Positions 1-8,966 of a DNA stretch of 64,000 nucleotides are shown piece by piece. The stretch's first letter is position 1. Each line of letters starts with the position of its first letter. The notes under the pieces were generated by a model. The model did not search any database. It was not told the DNA's origin and saw nothing but the letters and a program-made list of their open reading frames with translations. Position numbers and translations under genes: made by a program. Source of the stretch: Aeromicrobium sp. (lineage in GTDB: Bacteria > Actinomycetota > Actinomycetes > Propionibacteriales > Nocardioidaceae); assembly GCA_045806885.1 (NCBI GenBank), contig JBJMIJ010000013.1:150110-214109 (forward strand). The letters run 5' to 3'.

Positions 1-226
1 TGACGAGGACGTCAAGCCCGCCGAGCTCGGCCTCGACCCAGGTTCGGGCCGCGGCCCAGTCGGCGTCCGAGGTTACGTCGAGGCGGAGGTAGTCAGCGCC
101 GGGCGGCGGAGTGAAGTCGTCGGCCAGGTCCGTGACGAGCACCCGGTCCCCGCGCTTGAGGAACTCAGCGACCAGAGCGGCACCGAGCCCGGATGCGCCG
201 CCGGTGACAAGAACACGCCGGCTCAC
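1..226 (-). CDS. short-chain dehydrogenase/reductase, N-terminal part (gene runs off the left edge)
   Basis: Reverse translation from GTG (226..224) reads VSRRVLVTGGASGLGAALVAEFLKRGDRVLVTD, a TGxxxGxG Rossmann N-terminus. GTGA start/stop overlap with the upstream ACAD. Confidence 0.7.
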   Translation of the reverse strand, partial: MSRRVLVTGGASGLGAALVAEFLKRGDRVLVTDLADDFTPPPGADYLRLDVTSDADWAAARTWVEAELGGLDVLV

Positions 227-1497
227 CGCTCGTGCCCGTACTTCATGAGCTCGAGCCGTGCGATGAGACCGAGATGGACCTCGTCGGGACCGTCGGCAAA
301 GCGGAGCGAGCGCGCGCCCGTCCAGGCCGCCGCCAGCGGGAAGTCGTCGGTCAGGCCGCCGCCGCCGTGCAGCTGCATCGCGAAGTCGATGATCTCCAGT
401 GCCATCCGCGGCGCGGCCACCTTGATCTGCGAGACCTCGCTGATCGCGTTCATCGGGCCGCCTTGATCTAGCTTCCAGGCCGCGTTGAGCACGAGCAGCC
501 GGGTGGAGTCGATGGCGATGCGCGCTTGCGCGATACGCTCACGGTTGCCGCCCAGGTTCACGAGCGGCTTGCCGAACGCCACACGGTCGGTGCCGCGCTT
601 GCAGGCCAGCTCCAGCGCCTTCTCGGCCAGGCCGACCGTGCGCATGCAGTGGTGCACGCGACCCGGGCCGAGTCGGCCCTGCGCGATGGCGAAGGCCTCC
701 CCCGGGCCGCCGATGAAGTTCGTGATCGGGACCCGGACGTTCGTCAGCGAGACCTCACCGTGGCCGTGCGGCTCGTCGAAGTAGCCCATGGTGGTGAGCA
801 TCCGCTCGACCTTTACGCCGGCGGCGTCCCGTGGGACGAGCACCATCGAGTGCCGGCGGTGCCGGTTGGCCCCAGAATTTGGCTCAGAGTCGGTCAGGCC
901 CATGACGATGAAGATCTCGCAGTCTGGGTGGCCGACACCGGTGGAGAACCATTTGCGTCCGTTGAGGACGATCTCGTCGCCGTCGACGACCGCCGTGAGC
1001 TCCATGTTGGTGGCGTCGGACGACGCGACTCCGGGCTCGGTCATCAGGAAGGCGCTGCGAATGCGTCCGTCCAGCAGCGGGTCGAGCCAGCGGTCCTTCT
1101 GCTCCTGGGTGCCGTACTTGAGCAGCACCTCCATGTTGCCGGTGTCCGGCGCGTTGCAGTTGAAGACGTAGGGAGCCATGAACGACCGGCCGGTGAGCTC
1201 GGCTATCGGGGCGTAGTCGACGTTGGAGAGCCCGCTGCCACCGAGGGTGCCGTAGCGCTCGGCGTAGGGGCCCTCGTGACCGGTCGGTACGAAGAGGTTC
1301 CACAGGCCTTGGGCCCTGGCCTTGGCCTGCAGCTCGGCCATGATCGGCTGCTCGTGCCAGTTCTCGCCCTGGCCCGCCTCGCGGCGCCGCTTGATCTCGG
1401 CGAAGTACTCGGCCTCGATGGGTTCGATCTCGGTCTCGATGAACTGCTTGACCAGTGCGGTGAGCTCCCCGGCGCGTTCGGAAGGTGCAAAGTCCAT
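223..1497 (-). CDS. acyl-CoA dehydrogenase
   Basis: ORF 223..1650 trimmed to ATG 1497 (MDFAPSERAGELTALVKQFIE...). ACAD-like over its full length. The upstream 51 codons are Arg/Ser-rich and overlap the divergent TetR gene. Confidence 0.85.
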   Translation of the reverse strand: MDFAPSERAGELTALVKQFIETEIEPIEAEYFAEIKRRREAGQGENWHEQPIMAELQAKARAQGLWNLFVPTGHEGPYAERYGTLGGSGLSNVDYAPIAELTGRSFMAPYVFNCNAPDTGNMEVLLKYGTQEQKDRWLDPLLDGRIRSAFLMTEPGVASSDATNMELTAVVDGDEIVLNGRKWFSTGVGHPDCEIFIVMGLTDSEPNSGANRHRRHSMVLVPRDAAGVKVERMLTTMGYFDEPHGHGEVSLTNVRVPITNFIGGPGEAFAIAQGRLGPGRVHHCMRTVGLAEKALELACKRGTDRVAFGKPLVNLGGNRERIAQARIAIDSTRLLVLNAAWKLDQGGPMNAISEVSQIKVAAPRMALEIIDFAMQLHGGGGLTDDFPLAAAWTGARSLRFADGPDEVHLGLIARLELMKYGHER

Positions 1498-1518
1498 GGC
1501 TTGACTATGCCACAGTTG

Positions 1519-1533
1519 TTGAGCAATGCTCAA
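1519..1533. promoter_or_regulatory. perfect 6-3-6 palindrome TTGAGC-AAT-GCTCAA, probable TetR operator
   Basis: Read directly from the sequence. Lies in the 28-nt gap between the divergent ACAD and TetR genes and covers the TetR ATG. Confidence 0.5.
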
Positions 1534-2122
1534 TAGCGTGAGCGAATCCACGGCAGTCCGAACCCGGCTCAGCCCGGACGACCGGCGCCGGCAATTGCTC
1601 GGCATCGGGCTGCGGATGCTCGTGGAAAAGCCCATCCAGGACCTGTCCATCGATGCGGTCGCCGCCGAGGCCGGAATATCGCGCAGCCTGCTGTTCCACT
1701 ACTTCCCCACCAAGACCGACTACTACGACGCCGTCGTCGGCGCCGCGGTGCGCCGGGTGGTGCGGAACGTCTCGCCCGATGAGGGCGCTGCACCTGAGGT
1801 CGCCCTTCGGCAGTTCATCGAGCGCTTCTATGCGCAGATCGAGCGCCGCCGTCCGTTCTACCTGGCACTCGTCTTCGGCAGCGGCTCCCTGTCGCTGGGC
1901 AGCGAAGGCGTCGACTCGCTGCGGATGACCGCAGCCCGCCGCGTCATGGCTGCCGTCGGCGTCGACGAATCAGCCCTTCCGGCCGTCCACGGCTGGGCGG
2001 CCTACGTCGAGGACCGGGCGGTTCGGTGGTCGGGCACCTCGAAGGCCCACCGCGCAAAACTCGCCGCCGAGGTCGACCACTGCGCACAGGCGCTGCACGC
2101 CCTCCTGGACATCGACGCTTGA
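1526..2122 (+). CDS. TetR/AcrR family transcriptional regulator
   Basis: N-terminal HTH IDAVAAEAGISRSLLFHYFPTKTDYY. Alternative in-frame GTG start at 1538. Confidence 0.85.
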   Translation: MLNSVSESTAVRTRLSPDDRRRQLLGIGLRMLVEKPIQDLSIDAVAAEAGISRSLLFHYFPTKTDYYDAVVGAAVRRVVRNVSPDEGAAPEVALRQFIERFYAQIERRRPFYLALVFGSGSLSLGSEGVDSLRMTAARRVMAAVGVDESALPAVHGWAAYVEDRAVRWSGTSKAHRAKLAAEVDHCAQALHALLDIDA

Positions 2123-2151
2123 CCGCCCGCCGAGTGGAGCGCCTAGCGCGC

Positions 2152-3639
2152 TTACGCGAATTCGAGTGACTCGTCCTCGATCGGTTGGTGCTTGATGACG
2201 CGCTTGTCGAAGTACCAGTTGTTCTTCAGCCGCCACGGGTCCTTGTCGCCGGCGATCGGCATCGCTCCCTGCGCGCGCTGCAAGTAACCCGAGCTCAAGT
2301 CCATCAGCGGGCTCGGCGCGAGGCTGCCCCGAACGCGCGGGATGACCACCTGGAAGTTGTGCTCGTCCATGTAGTCGAGCAGCCGGACGACGTACTCGCA
2401 GACGAGGTCGGCCTTCAGCGTCCACGACGCGTTCGAGTATCCGATCGTGAACGCCGAGTTCGGGATGTCGTTGAGCATCAGCGCCTTGTAGGTGAAGTGC
2501 TCGCCGATCTTGACCGGCTCACCGTCGACCTCGAGGGCCGCCTTGCCCATCGTCACGACCTTGAGCCCGGTGGCGGTGATGATGATGTCCGCCTTCAGCT
2601 CACGCCCCGACTTGAGCCGGATGCCGTCGGCGGTGAAGGAGTCGATGTGGTCGGTGACCATGTCGACCTTGTGGCTGTGCATCGCCTTGAACAGGTCGCC
2701 ACCGGGGACGGCACAGAGCCGCTGTTCCCACGGGTTGTACGGCGGCGACAGGTGCGTGTCGTAGTCGAAGTCGGCCGGCAGGAAGGGCTGCGCGCTCCGC
2801 TTGATGATCGACTTGCCCAGCTTCGGATTGCGCCGCATGAGCTGGTAGGTACCGATCGTGATGCCTGCGTAGATCTTGTGCATCTGCTTGTTCGCCAGCT
2901 CGCGCGGCAGAACCTTGCGCGCAAGCTTGGCCGCCGGAAGCATCTGCGGCACGCTCATGATGTAGGTCGGCGTGCGCTGCAGCATCGTGATGTGGCCGGC
3001 GTCGCGGGACATCGACGGGATGAGAGTCACGGCAGTGGCGCCGCTGCCGATCACGACGACCTCCTTGCCGGTGTAGTCCAGGTCCTCCGGCCAGAACTGC
3101 GGGTGGATCACCTGGCCCTTGAAGTCCTCGACGCCGGGGAACTCCGGCGTGTAGGCCTCGTCGTAGTCGTAGTAGCCGGACGTCCACCAGACGAAGTCGG
3201 CGGTCAGCTTCGACGTCGCCCCCCGGTCGTTGGGGGTACCCCCTGCACCTTCGGTGCTTGGGGGATGTTCGACGTCGACGGTCCAGAGCTTGTCTGCGCT
3301 CGACCAGGACGCCTTGGTGACCTTGTGGTTGTACCTGATGCGCTCGTCGACACCGGTCTCGCGAGCGGCCTCCTTCAGGTAGGCCAGGATGTCGGGCCCG
3401 TCCGCGATCGCCACATCGCCGTTCCACGGCTTCCAGCCGAAGCCGAGGGTGAACATGTCGGAGTCGGAGCGGATCCCGGGGTACTTGAACAGACTCCACG
3501 TCCCACCGAGCTCGTGGCGTTGCTCCAGCACGGCGTAGTTGCGGCCGGGGAACGCCTTGGCGATGTGCGCCGCGGCGTCGATTCCGGACAGGCCGGCACC
3601 GATGATCAGGACGTCGAGGTGGGTGGCTTCACTCGTCAT
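2152..3639 (-). CDS. FAD-dependent Baeyer-Villiger-type monooxygenase (EthA-like)
   Basis: GxGxxG IIGAGLSGI, BVMO fingerprint FKGQVIHPQFWP, second Rossmann VIGSGATAV. ATG 3639 lies 4 nt after the upstream stop and is preferred over GTG 3657. Confidence 0.85.
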   Translation of the reverse strand: MTSEATHLDVLIIGAGLSGIDAAAHIAKAFPGRNYAVLEQRHELGGTWSLFKYPGIRSDSDMFTLGFGWKPWNGDVAIADGPDILAYLKEAARETGVDERIRYNHKVTKASWSSADKLWTVDVEHPPSTEGAGGTPNDRGATSKLTADFVWWTSGYYDYDEAYTPEFPGVEDFKGQVIHPQFWPEDLDYTGKEVVVIGSGATAVTLIPSMSRDAGHITMLQRTPTYIMSVPQMLPAAKLARKVLPRELANKQMHKIYAGITIGTYQLMRRNPKLGKSIIKRSAQPFLPADFDYDTHLSPPYNPWEQRLCAVPGGDLFKAMHSHKVDMVTDHIDSFTADGIRLKSGRELKADIIITATGLKVVTMGKAALEVDGEPVKIGEHFTYKALMLNDIPNSAFTIGYSNASWTLKADLVCEYVVRLLDYMDEHNFQVVIPRVRGSLAPSPLMDLSSGYLQRAQGAMPIAGDKDPWRLKNNWYFDKRVIKHQPIEDESLEFA

Positions 3640-3643
3640 GGGG

Positions 3644-4603
3644 TCATGCTGCCGCACGAGCCGGCTCGCTGCGATAGCGCGCCGGACGTCCGTCGATCTT
3701 CAACAGCTTCCAGACACGGCGCGACGCGGGGTTCATCAGGTTGGCGTCCTCGGCCAGCATGCGAACGTCGGAGAAGAGGTCGCGCAGCATCTTGCGGGAC
3801 TCCGGGGAGCTCCAGTAGAGCTCCTTGACCACCTTGCGGGGAACGCCATACTCCGCGACGAACTGCGGGGTCGGCTTGACGATGATGTCGCACAGCACCC
3901 GCATGACGATCGGGAACACCAGCGAGAACACGAACCGGTTGAGCGAGCCCATCCGGTCAGCCGTCCGCTTGAGGTATTCGTGCGCCCACGAGATGTGGCG
4001 GGCCTCCTCGGCGATGTGGATCTGCATGACGCGCCGCAGCAGCGGGTGCTGGTTCTCACCGGAGCGGATGATCAGCTTCTGCACGTGGTCGATCGGCTCC
4101 TCGCCGGCGAGCACGCCGGTGATGAAGATCGCCGGCAACCAGCGCCCGGCCAACGGCAGGAACGTCTGGATCGACTTGAACCACGGGCGCGCACCGGGGG
4201 TGTCGACGCCGATGCGGTTGACCAGCTCCTGGAACATCTGGATGTGGTGCGTCTCCTCGGTCACCTCGTGCATGAGGTAGCGGAACTGCGGGTCCTGGTT
4301 CTTCGACCAGAACGTGTACTCGAGGATGCCGCGGATCAGGACGCTCTCGAACTGCCAGCCGACCTTGGCTATGCCAGCCTGTCGCGCCATGCCGATCTCG
4401 ATCTGGCGGCCCAGCGGCAGCGAGCGGTACCAAGGGTGACTGCCGAGCGGGTCGACGGCGGGAAGAACCCACCGCGGGTCGTTCGGGACGACCGCGAATT
4501 CCGGGTCATCCCAGGCGATGTCCTCAAAGGCGTCGAAGTGCTTGTTGACCGAGCCCTCGGACAGTGTCCGCAGGAAGTCGGCGTACTCAGCGGTGGCAGT
4601 CAT
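3644..4603 (-). CDS. AurF-like diiron oxygenase family protein (paralog 1)
   Basis: Two ExxH pairs (VTEETHHIQMF, IAEEARHISWAH) typical of four-helix-bundle diiron carboxylate oxygenases. Clear paralog of 7119..8099, including a shared GRPxRYRSEP C-terminus. Confidence 0.7.
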   Translation of the reverse strand: MTATAEYADFLRTLSEGSVNKHFDAFEDIAWDDPEFAVVPNDPRWVLPAVDPLGSHPWYRSLPLGRQIEIGMARQAGIAKVGWQFESVLIRGILEYTFWSKNQDPQFRYLMHEVTEETHHIQMFQELVNRIGVDTPGARPWFKSIQTFLPLAGRWLPAIFITGVLAGEEPIDHVQKLIIRSGENQHPLLRRVMQIHIAEEARHISWAHEYLKRTADRMGSLNRFVFSLVFPIVMRVLCDIIVKPTPQFVAEYGVPRKVVKELYWSSPESRKMLRDLFSDVRMLAEDANLMNPASRRVWKLLKIDGRPARYRSEPARAAA

Positions 4604-4756
4604 GCGATGTGATCCTTCCCGCAGGTGGGAGAACTTGTGTGTAACACAATGTCACACTTACTATCGAGGCTGTCAACACAACCTGACCTGCAGTTATGTG
4701 GCACGCGCCACAGTTGAGCGGGCCAGCCCGACGCACGTCTCCGGAGAGGCCGACCG

Positions 4757-6331
4757 ATGCCCCACGTCGTCACCCAGCCCTGCTGCGCGGACGCCTCGTG
4801 CGTTCTCGCGTGCCCGGTCAACTGCATCCATCCCGCCCCCGGCGAACCCGGCTTCGGGACGGCCGAGATGGTCTTCATCGACCCGGCCGAATGCGTCGAC
4901 TGCGGCGCCTGCATCACCGCATGCCCGGTGGGCGCGATCAAGCCCCACGACAAGCTCGAGGTGCCGGAACAGCGATTCCTCGACCTCAACGCCGAGTACT
5001 TCGTCGCCAATCCGCACCCCGACCGCCCGCCGCTGGCACTCGTCGACAAGCACCCCAGTCCCCCGTGGGGGCACCTCCCGCGTGCGGGGGAGAACGTTTT
5101 TCGTGTCGCCATCGTCGGCGCCGGGCCGGCCGGGCTCTACGCGGCCGATGAGCTGCTGAAGTACCCCGGCGTCACGGTGGACGTCTACGACCGGCTGCTC
5201 ACTCCGCACGGGCTGGTGCGCGCCGGCGTCGCTCCCGACCACCAGCACACGAAGCTCATCCAGAACCTCTTCCGCAGCATCGAGGAGGAACAAGGTTTCG
5301 CGTATCACCTTGGCGTCGAGGTCGGGAAGGACATCACGCACGCGGAGTTGGCAGCGAGCCATGACGCCGTCGTCTATGCGGTCGGGGCAGCGACCGATCG
5401 CGCGCTCGGCATCCCCGGCGAGAACCTCGACGGGAGCATCTCGGCGACCGAGTTCGTGGCTTGGTACAACGGCCATCCCGACCAGGCCGGACGAACGTTC
5501 GACCTCAGCAACGAGCGCGCCGTTGTCATCGGCAACGGCAACGTCGCGCTCGACGTCGCGCGCGTGCTGACGCAGGACGTCTCACACCTGGAGAAGACGG
5601 ACATCAGCGACGCCGCACTGGAAGCCCTGCGGCACGAGAAGGTCACGGAGGTCATCGTGCTCGGTCGGCGCGGTCCTGCCGACGCCGCGTTCACGCTGCC
5701 CGAGCTGATCGGCCTGGCCGGCGTCGACCACATCGACGTCGTCGTCGAAGGGCCGCCGGTCGAGGTGACGTCCGACAAGACCGCGCTCCTCGCAGAGCTG
5801 CAGGCGCGACGCGTCCGGCCTGGCGTGCCGCGCATCATCTTCCGCTTCAACGCCGGCCCCACCGAGATCGTCGGCGACGCGTCCGGGCGCGTCCGCCGCA
5901 TCGAGACCGCAGCGGGCCCCATCGACACCGCACTCGTGATCCGGGCGATCGGATACCGCGCTCACCCGGTGGCCGACCTGCCGTTCGACGAAGAACGTGC
6001 TGTCGTCCCCAACGAGCACGGCCGGGTCAAGCCCGGCACGTACGTCACGGGGTGGATCAAGCGCGGCCCGAACGGGTTCATCGGGACGAACAAGACCGAT
6101 TCGGAGGACACCGTTGCCTCTCTACTCGCCGACGCCGAGGCGGGCCTGCTCAGCGCGCCGACGGCGGAACGCCCGACCCTTGCGGCCCTGGACCGGGACG
6201 GCTGGTTGCGCATCGACGCCGCTGAGCGCGCCGCTGGCACCGCAGCCGGGCGACCGCGGGTGAAATTCCTCGAAACTGAGGCGCTTCGCGCCGCCGCGAG
6301 CCCTCCAGCGCGGCGGGCACGCCGTCTGTAG
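4757..6331 (+). CDS. fprB: ferredoxin--NADP(+) reductase with fused N-terminal ferredoxin domain (FprB-type)
   Basis: N-terminal Cys clusters CCADASCVLACP and CVDCGACITACP, followed by the VAIVGAGPAGLYAA FAD/NADPH reductase module. SD GGAGAGG 7 nt upstream. Confidence 0.8.
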   Translation: MPHVVTQPCCADASCVLACPVNCIHPAPGEPGFGTAEMVFIDPAECVDCGACITACPVGAIKPHDKLEVPEQRFLDLNAEYFVANPHPDRPPLALVDKHPSPPWGHLPRAGENVFRVAIVGAGPAGLYAADELLKYPGVTVDVYDRLLTPHGLVRAGVAPDHQHTKLIQNLFRSIEEEQGFAYHLGVEVGKDITHAELAASHDAVVYAVGAATDRALGIPGENLDGSISATEFVAWYNGHPDQAGRTFDLSNERAVVIGNGNVALDVARVLTQDVSHLEKTDISDAALEALRHEKVTEVIVLGRRGPADAAFTLPELIGLAGVDHIDVVVEGPPVEVTSDKTALLAELQARRVRPGVPRIIFRFNAGPTEIVGDASGRVRRIETAAGPIDTALVIRAIGYRAHPVADLPFDEERAVVPNEHGRVKPGTYVTGWIKRGPNGFIGTNKTDSEDTVASLLADAEAGLLSAPTAERPTLAALDRDGWLRIDAAERAAGTAAGRPRVKFLETEALRAAASPPARRARRL

Positions 6332-6340
6332 GCTCACGGT

Positions 6341-7045
6341 GTGGCCGATCCCGTAGCGTCCTCCGGCCGCGCCGCGCGCTGGAAGGAACACAATGCCGAA
6401 CGACGCGAACGCGTCGTGGCGGCGGCCGTTCGCGTCATCGAGTCATCGCCGACGGATGCCGAGCTGAGCGTCCAGCGCGTTGCCGACGAAGCCGGCATCG
6501 TCCGGACCGTCATCTACCGCCACTTCGACGGCAAGCCCGAGCTCGTTCGCGCCGTCCAGGCGCACATCGTCGCCGAGCTGCGCGGCTCACTGGACGCCGA
6601 TCTTCGCCTCGACCGCAGCCTGCAGCAGATCATCAATGCGGCAGTCGCCACCTATGTCACCTGGGCCGACAAGAACCCAAACCTCTACGTCACCATCGAG
6701 CGCGAGGTGGGCGACGGCAAGCCGAGCGAGCTGTCCGGCGCCATCGAGCACATCGCGCAGCGCGTGCTCGCCATGGTGCGGCTCGGCGCCGACATGATGG
6801 AGATGGAGATCAGGGGCGTCGACTACGCCATTCTCGAGACGGTGGTCTACGGACTCATCGGCCAGATCCGCGGGACCGTCGGGCACTGGCTTCGGTCCAC
6901 GCCGCGGCAGCCTTCTGCGGACGACCTCGCGACGATCCTGTCGCGGTCGCTGTGGTTCCAGATGGCGGGCCAGGCCAAGGACATCGGCATCGAGCTCAAC
7001 CCGTCCACAGCCCTGCGCCAGCTCTTCGCCAGCGGTAATTCCTGA
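6341..7045 (+). CDS. TetR/AcrR family transcriptional regulator
   Basis: HTH VQRVADEAGIVRTVIYRHFDGKPEL. GTG start 9 nt after the fprB stop. Confidence 0.8.
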   Translation: MADPVASSGRAARWKEHNAERRERVVAAAVRVIESSPTDAELSVQRVADEAGIVRTVIYRHFDGKPELVRAVQAHIVAELRGSLDADLRLDRSLQQIINAAVATYVTWADKNPNLYVTIEREVGDGKPSELSGAIEHIAQRVLAMVRLGADMMEMEIRGVDYAILETVVYGLIGQIRGTVGHWLRSTPRQPSADDLATILSRSLWFQMAGQAKDIGIELNPSTALRQLFASGNS

Positions 7046-7118
7046 GCGTTATTGCCCCTGCGCCCATTACTGTGACACCTTGTAGCGGTTGTCAGGTAGT
7101 TTGACGTTTGGAGGTGCC

Positions 7119-8099
7119 ATGACGCTCATGGATCACAATGCCCCGGCGCTGCCCGGTCCATCGGTCGAATACCGCGAACGACTCCAGCTGCTCTCACAGG
7201 CGTCGGTCGAGCGCTCGTTCGCGGCGTTCAAGGATGTGCCCTGGGACGACCCGGCCTTCCAGATCCCCGATGACGACGACCGCTGGGTTCTGCCGGAAGC
7301 CGACATGCTCGGTGGGCATCCCTGGTACCGGGCGCTCCCCCGTGAACGCCAACTGGCCGTCGCCCGGCACCGCACGACCGCCATGACGAAGACGGGTGCC
7401 CAATTCGAGCAGCTCCTGCTCATGGGCGGCACCCAGTTCCTGCTCCGGCTGCGCAACCAGAACCCCGAGTTCCGCTACTTCCTACATGAACTGACCGAAG
7501 AGACCCACCACATCCAGATGTTCCAGGAGTTCACGAACCGGACGTGCCCGGAGGTATCCGGATGCCCCCGCTGGCTCGTGCGGGTCTTCCCATTCGTGGC
7601 CCACATCGGCACGTTCTGGCCCGGCCTGTTCTTTGCGATCATCCTCGCCGGCGAGGAGCCGATCGACCACTACCAAAAGATGATCCTGCGGACGAGCAAG
7701 ATTCCACCGCTGCTCCAGCGGATCATGGCGATCCACGCCGCCGAGGAGGCCCGTCACATCGGGTTTGCCCATGCCTGGCTGATCGAGCACACCCCCCGGA
7801 TGTCCTGGCTCAGCCGCATGGCCATTGCCATCCTCACGCCGATCGTCATGCGCATCGGGGCCGACGCGATCATCGTCCCGTCGCGCGCCGATCGGCAGAT
7901 GATGGGATTGCCGCGCAAGGTTGTCCGCGAGGTGTGGTTCCGCGGCGCGCAGGCCCGCCACGACCGGGCGCTGCTGTTCGCCGATGTCCGCATGCTCTTC
8001 GACCAGCTGGGCATGCGCACCCGCGCGACGCGTTGGATATGGCGTCTCGTCGGCGTCGATGGACGCCCGTCGCGGTACCGATCCGAACCGCGTTATTGA
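7119..8099 (+). CDS. AurF-like diiron oxygenase family protein (paralog 2)
   Basis: LTEETHHIQMF and AAEEARHIGFAH motifs. Start moved to ATG 7119, which has GGAGG 4 nt upstream, instead of TTG 7089. Confidence 0.7.
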   Translation: MTLMDHNAPALPGPSVEYRERLQLLSQASVERSFAAFKDVPWDDPAFQIPDDDDRWVLPEADMLGGHPWYRALPRERQLAVARHRTTAMTKTGAQFEQLLLMGGTQFLLRLRNQNPEFRYFLHELTEETHHIQMFQEFTNRTCPEVSGCPRWLVRVFPFVAHIGTFWPGLFFAIILAGEEPIDHYQKMILRTSKIPPLLQRIMAIHAAEEARHIGFAHAWLIEHTPRMSWLSRMAIAILTPIVMRIGADAIIVPSRADRQMMGLPRKVVREVWFRGAQARHDRALLFADVRMLFDQLGMRTRATRWIWRLVGVDGRPSRYRSEPRY

Positions 8100-8102
8100 G
8101 AC

Positions 8103-8936
8103 CTAGCGCGGTGCGCCACCCATGATGCGGGTGGCACCGGCGGCGAAGACGTTCTGGTACCGGGCCCCGGCGAACTTGGCGAACTGGTGGAGTGCGTGGG
8201 CGTCCAAGCCGACCAGAATGCGTGGCTTGTGGGCGAGCGCGGCGTCGAGGATGATCTGCGCCGCCTTGTCCGGAGTCGTGCGCGCGAGCTTGTCGAAGGT
8301 CTTGTCGAGGGCATCGGAGTCAAGCGACGCAACCTTGCGGCCGTTGCGCGCGATCCCGGTCTTGATGCCGCCGGGATGCACGCAGGTCACGCCGACCGGG
8401 TGCTTGCCGACCAGCATCTCCTCACGTATCGCCTCGGTGAAACCACGCACTGCGTACTTGGTCGCGTTGTAAGCGGACTGCTGCGGCATCGAGATGAGGC
8501 CGAACAGCGAGGAGATGTTGACCAGGTAGCCGTCGCCGGATGCGATGAGGTGCGGCAGGAACTCCTTGGTGCCGTTGACCACCCCGTTGAAGTTGATGCC
8601 CACGATCCAGTCGAACTCGTCGTACGACATCTCCAGGAAGTCGCCGGTCATGGAGACGCCGGCGTTGTTGACGACCATGTTGACCTGGCCGAAGTGAGCG
8701 GCAACGCCAGCGGCCCACGCCGCGATGGCCGCGCGATCGGCCACGTCGACCCGTGCGCTCGTGACCAGGGTTCCTGACTTGAGTAAGGCAACGGTCTCGG
8801 CGAGACCCACCTCGTTCCAGTCCGACAGCGCGAGCTTCGCACCGCGCTCTGCCGCGAGCTGCGCCAGCGCGCGTCCGATGCCACTGCCGGCGCCCGTGAT
8901 GGCGACGACCTTCCCGTTCAGATCACGCTTTGCCAT
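8103..8936 (-). CDS. short-chain dehydrogenase/reductase
   Basis: VVAITGAGSGIGRALA Rossmann motif and YNATKYAVRG catalytic YxxxK. Confidence 0.85.
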   Translation of the reverse strand: MAKRDLNGKVVAITGAGSGIGRALAQLAAERGAKLALSDWNEVGLAETVALLKSGTLVTSARVDVADRAAIAAWAAGVAAHFGQVNMVVNNAGVSMTGDFLEMSYDEFDWIVGINFNGVVNGTKEFLPHLIASGDGYLVNISSLFGLISMPQQSAYNATKYAVRGFTEAIREEMLVGKHPVGVTCVHPGGIKTGIARNGRKVASLDSDALDKTFDKLARTTPDKAAQIILDAALAHKPRILVGLDAHALHQFAKFAGARYQNVFAAGATRIMGGAPR

Positions 8937-8966
8937 GTCAGTCAGTATTCCCGTCGCTCGTGACCG

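Noticed and set aside
2185-3828. 547-aa plus-strand ORF antisense to the BVMO and AurF-like genes
   Set aside because: Arg/Val/Asp/Gly-rich low-complexity translation with no recognisable motif. Typical shadow ORF of high-GC DNA, while the opposite strand carries clear enzyme motifs.
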